A DNA stretch of 19,058 nucleotides, taken from Promethearchaeota archaeon (lineage in GTDB: Archaea; Asgardarchaeota; Lokiarchaeia; Sigyniarchaeales; SOKP01). Both the position numbers and the translations under genes were made by a program. Shown in pieces: positions 17,697 through 19,058 of the stretch. The stretch is taken from positions 1-19,058 of the forward strand of contig JBHLNT010000074.1 in NCBI GenBank assembly GCA_048941265.1, read 5' to 3'. The notes under the pieces were generated by a model. The model did no database searches. It saw nothing but the letters and a program-made list of their open reading frames with translations, and was not told the DNA's origin. Numbering within the stretch: position 1 is the first letter of the stretch; each line of letters starts with the position of its first letter.

Positions 17697-18113
17697 ATGA
17701 GCGAAGATTTAAAAGAGTGGCATGCCCCTTGCGGGATTTACTGTAAAAGATGTCCTGGCGTGAAATTTTATAATTGTAAAGGATGTCGAGAGCAAAAGGG
17801 ACAAGTTTATAAGCTTCCTTTATGCAAAACTTATGAATGCGTGACAAGCAAAGGACATGATTTCTGTTATGAATGTGAAGATTTTCCGTGCGAAATGCTC
17901 CAGCCGATCGTGAATTTTGAGATATTTGCTCCTCACAATTCAAAAGTATATAATTCAATCATGATACAGAAGCTAGGATTAGATGAGTGGGATAAAATAT
18001 GCGAAGAAAAAACCACACTTTATTATCAGGGAAAAAAGGTTCAATATGGTGGAGATCTTCTTACCTTAGAGAAGAAAGATCCTAAGATGTACAAAAAGAA
18101 AAACAACAAATAA
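17697..18113 (+). CDS. DUF3795-like Cys-rich (Fe-S/Zn-binding) protein
   Basis: APCGIYCKRC...CKGCR...C...C...FCYECEDFPC pattern. Confidence 0.8.
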   Translation: MSEDLKEWHAPCGIYCKRCPGVKFYNCKGCREQKGQVYKLPLCKTYECVTSKGHDFCYECEDFPCEMLQPIVNFEIFAPHNSKVYNSIMIQKLGLDEWDKICEEKTTLYYQGKKVQYGGDLLTLEKKDPKMYKKKNNK

Positions 18114-18120
18114 AAACAAA

Positions 18121-19058
18121 TTAAATTATTATCTCTAAAAATTCATCGATTACTTCAGCTGTTCGATCAATTCTTCCCGATTTTTTAAGTTCTCTACCAA
18201 GGATATACGTATCAATTTCTAAAAAATCTAGACCAATTAATTCACATTTTTTTAATTCCATGAATGCCTTAATCACTCTTGCAGCATTCAAAATCAATTC
18301 TTTTTCAATACCTATAACATTCATAAATCGAGCTGCAAGAATTTCTTTAAATATCCCTACATCTACATCAAATGAGATGTAAACATAAGGCACTTTGTAC
18401 TCTTCTAAAGATTCTTTTAATTTCTTTACCATATCATTTTTATCATTTATTCCAGAAATAATTTTTGCGCCCTTCTCCTCAAAGAATTGATAATACTCTA
18501 CAAATTTCTTTACCCTTGAATCGTCTATAGAGCGATATTCCTTGCTAGGATAATCTTGACAACCAAAAACAATCAAATTTTCTGGTAATATAGTCCCATC
18601 TTGAATTAAATAATCCAAGAAAGAAGCACATGAATAGCTATCTTTTAATATAATAGAATTAACATCCATAGAGTCGAGTAATCCAGGAGAAAGTACATGA
18701 ATTTCCTTTTGATGTTCTTGCATATATTTTACTAAGTCTAACGAGACTTGAGCAGGAATAGCATCGAAGTGAGCGTCAAATATTACTATTAATATATTTT
18801 CCGGTCCATACTTCTTCGAAAGAGCACTCAAAACCCCCCCAGTTAAAGAATGATCCACCCCAATCATTAAGGGTATATCTGGTAATACTTTTCCTATAAC
18901 AAAATTCTCTAACTTTTTAGAAAGTGTTCTCACTGCCCCACTATTTACATATTCTTGATATTTAAAAGGATCCAAGAGAGGATAATCTTCAATATTAGGT
19001 TTAGGAGTTAACCAAGACTCGATTGAAAATTTCCCTATTTTGATATATTTTTCCTTAT
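18121..19058 (-). CDS. Arginase/ureohydrolase family protein, 5' end outside the window
   Basis: GVDHSLT, DAHFD, SFDVD and DFLEI motifs. The frame stays open from 18975 to the window edge (..KEKYIKIGKFSIESWLTPKPNIEDYPLLDPFKY). Confidence 0.8.
   Translation of the reverse strand, partial: KEKYIKIGKFSIESWLTPKPNIEDYPLLDPFKYQEYVNSGAVRTLSKKLENFVIGKVLPDIPLMIGVDHSLTGGVLSALSKKYGPENILIVIFDAHFDAIPAQVSLDLVKYMQEHQKEIHVLSPGLLDSMDVNSIILKDSYSCASFLDYLIQDGTILPENLIVFGCQDYPSKEYRSIDDSRVKKFVEYYQFFEEKGAKIISGINDKNDMVKKLKESLEEYKVPYVYISFDVDVGIFKEILAARFMNVIGIEKELILNAARVIKAFMELKKCELIGLDFLEIDTYILGRELKKSGRIDRTAEVIDEFLEIII

Noticed and set aside
13689-17958. ORFs 13689-13934(+), 13834-14040(-), 15473-15664(+), 17695-17958(-)
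   Set aside because: Overlap polB2, its partner or DUF3795 in alternative frames.

Overview
AT-rich archaeal-type window, most consistent with an Asgard (Lokiarchaeia-like) genome. This is an inference from an MglA/Arf-like small GTPase, a probable degenerate Rab-like protein, a multi-TM protein with a longin-like C-terminus, archaeal AbrB-PhoU, PolB2, and TATA/oligo-T signals. Most of the window is ordinary: PhoU regulator, NosD-like beta-helix surface protein, M42 peptidase, thioesterase, 4Fe-4S protein, MFS/GPH transporter, crotonase, DapL-like aminotransferase, PolB2 with its small partner gene, a truncated amidohydrolase, DUF3795 and a partial arginase-family gene. The unusual part is the apparently intergenic 1.8 kb downstream of PolB2 (11401-13200). 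It holds five co-oriented 45-61 aa microprotein genes, two missed by the ORF track, including a gapless 59-aa tandem paralogue pair and a second pair sharing F-x-Y-x-N-x-F-D. It also holds a ~230-nt structured minus-strand leader with a TATA box, a leaderless 24-codon Thr/Leu/Val-rich uORF, three hairpins (two supported by strand-specific G.U pairs) and an anti-Shine-Dalgarno complementary to the RBS of the next gene. This is a candidate archaeal attenuator/RNA switch or type I toxin-like locus.
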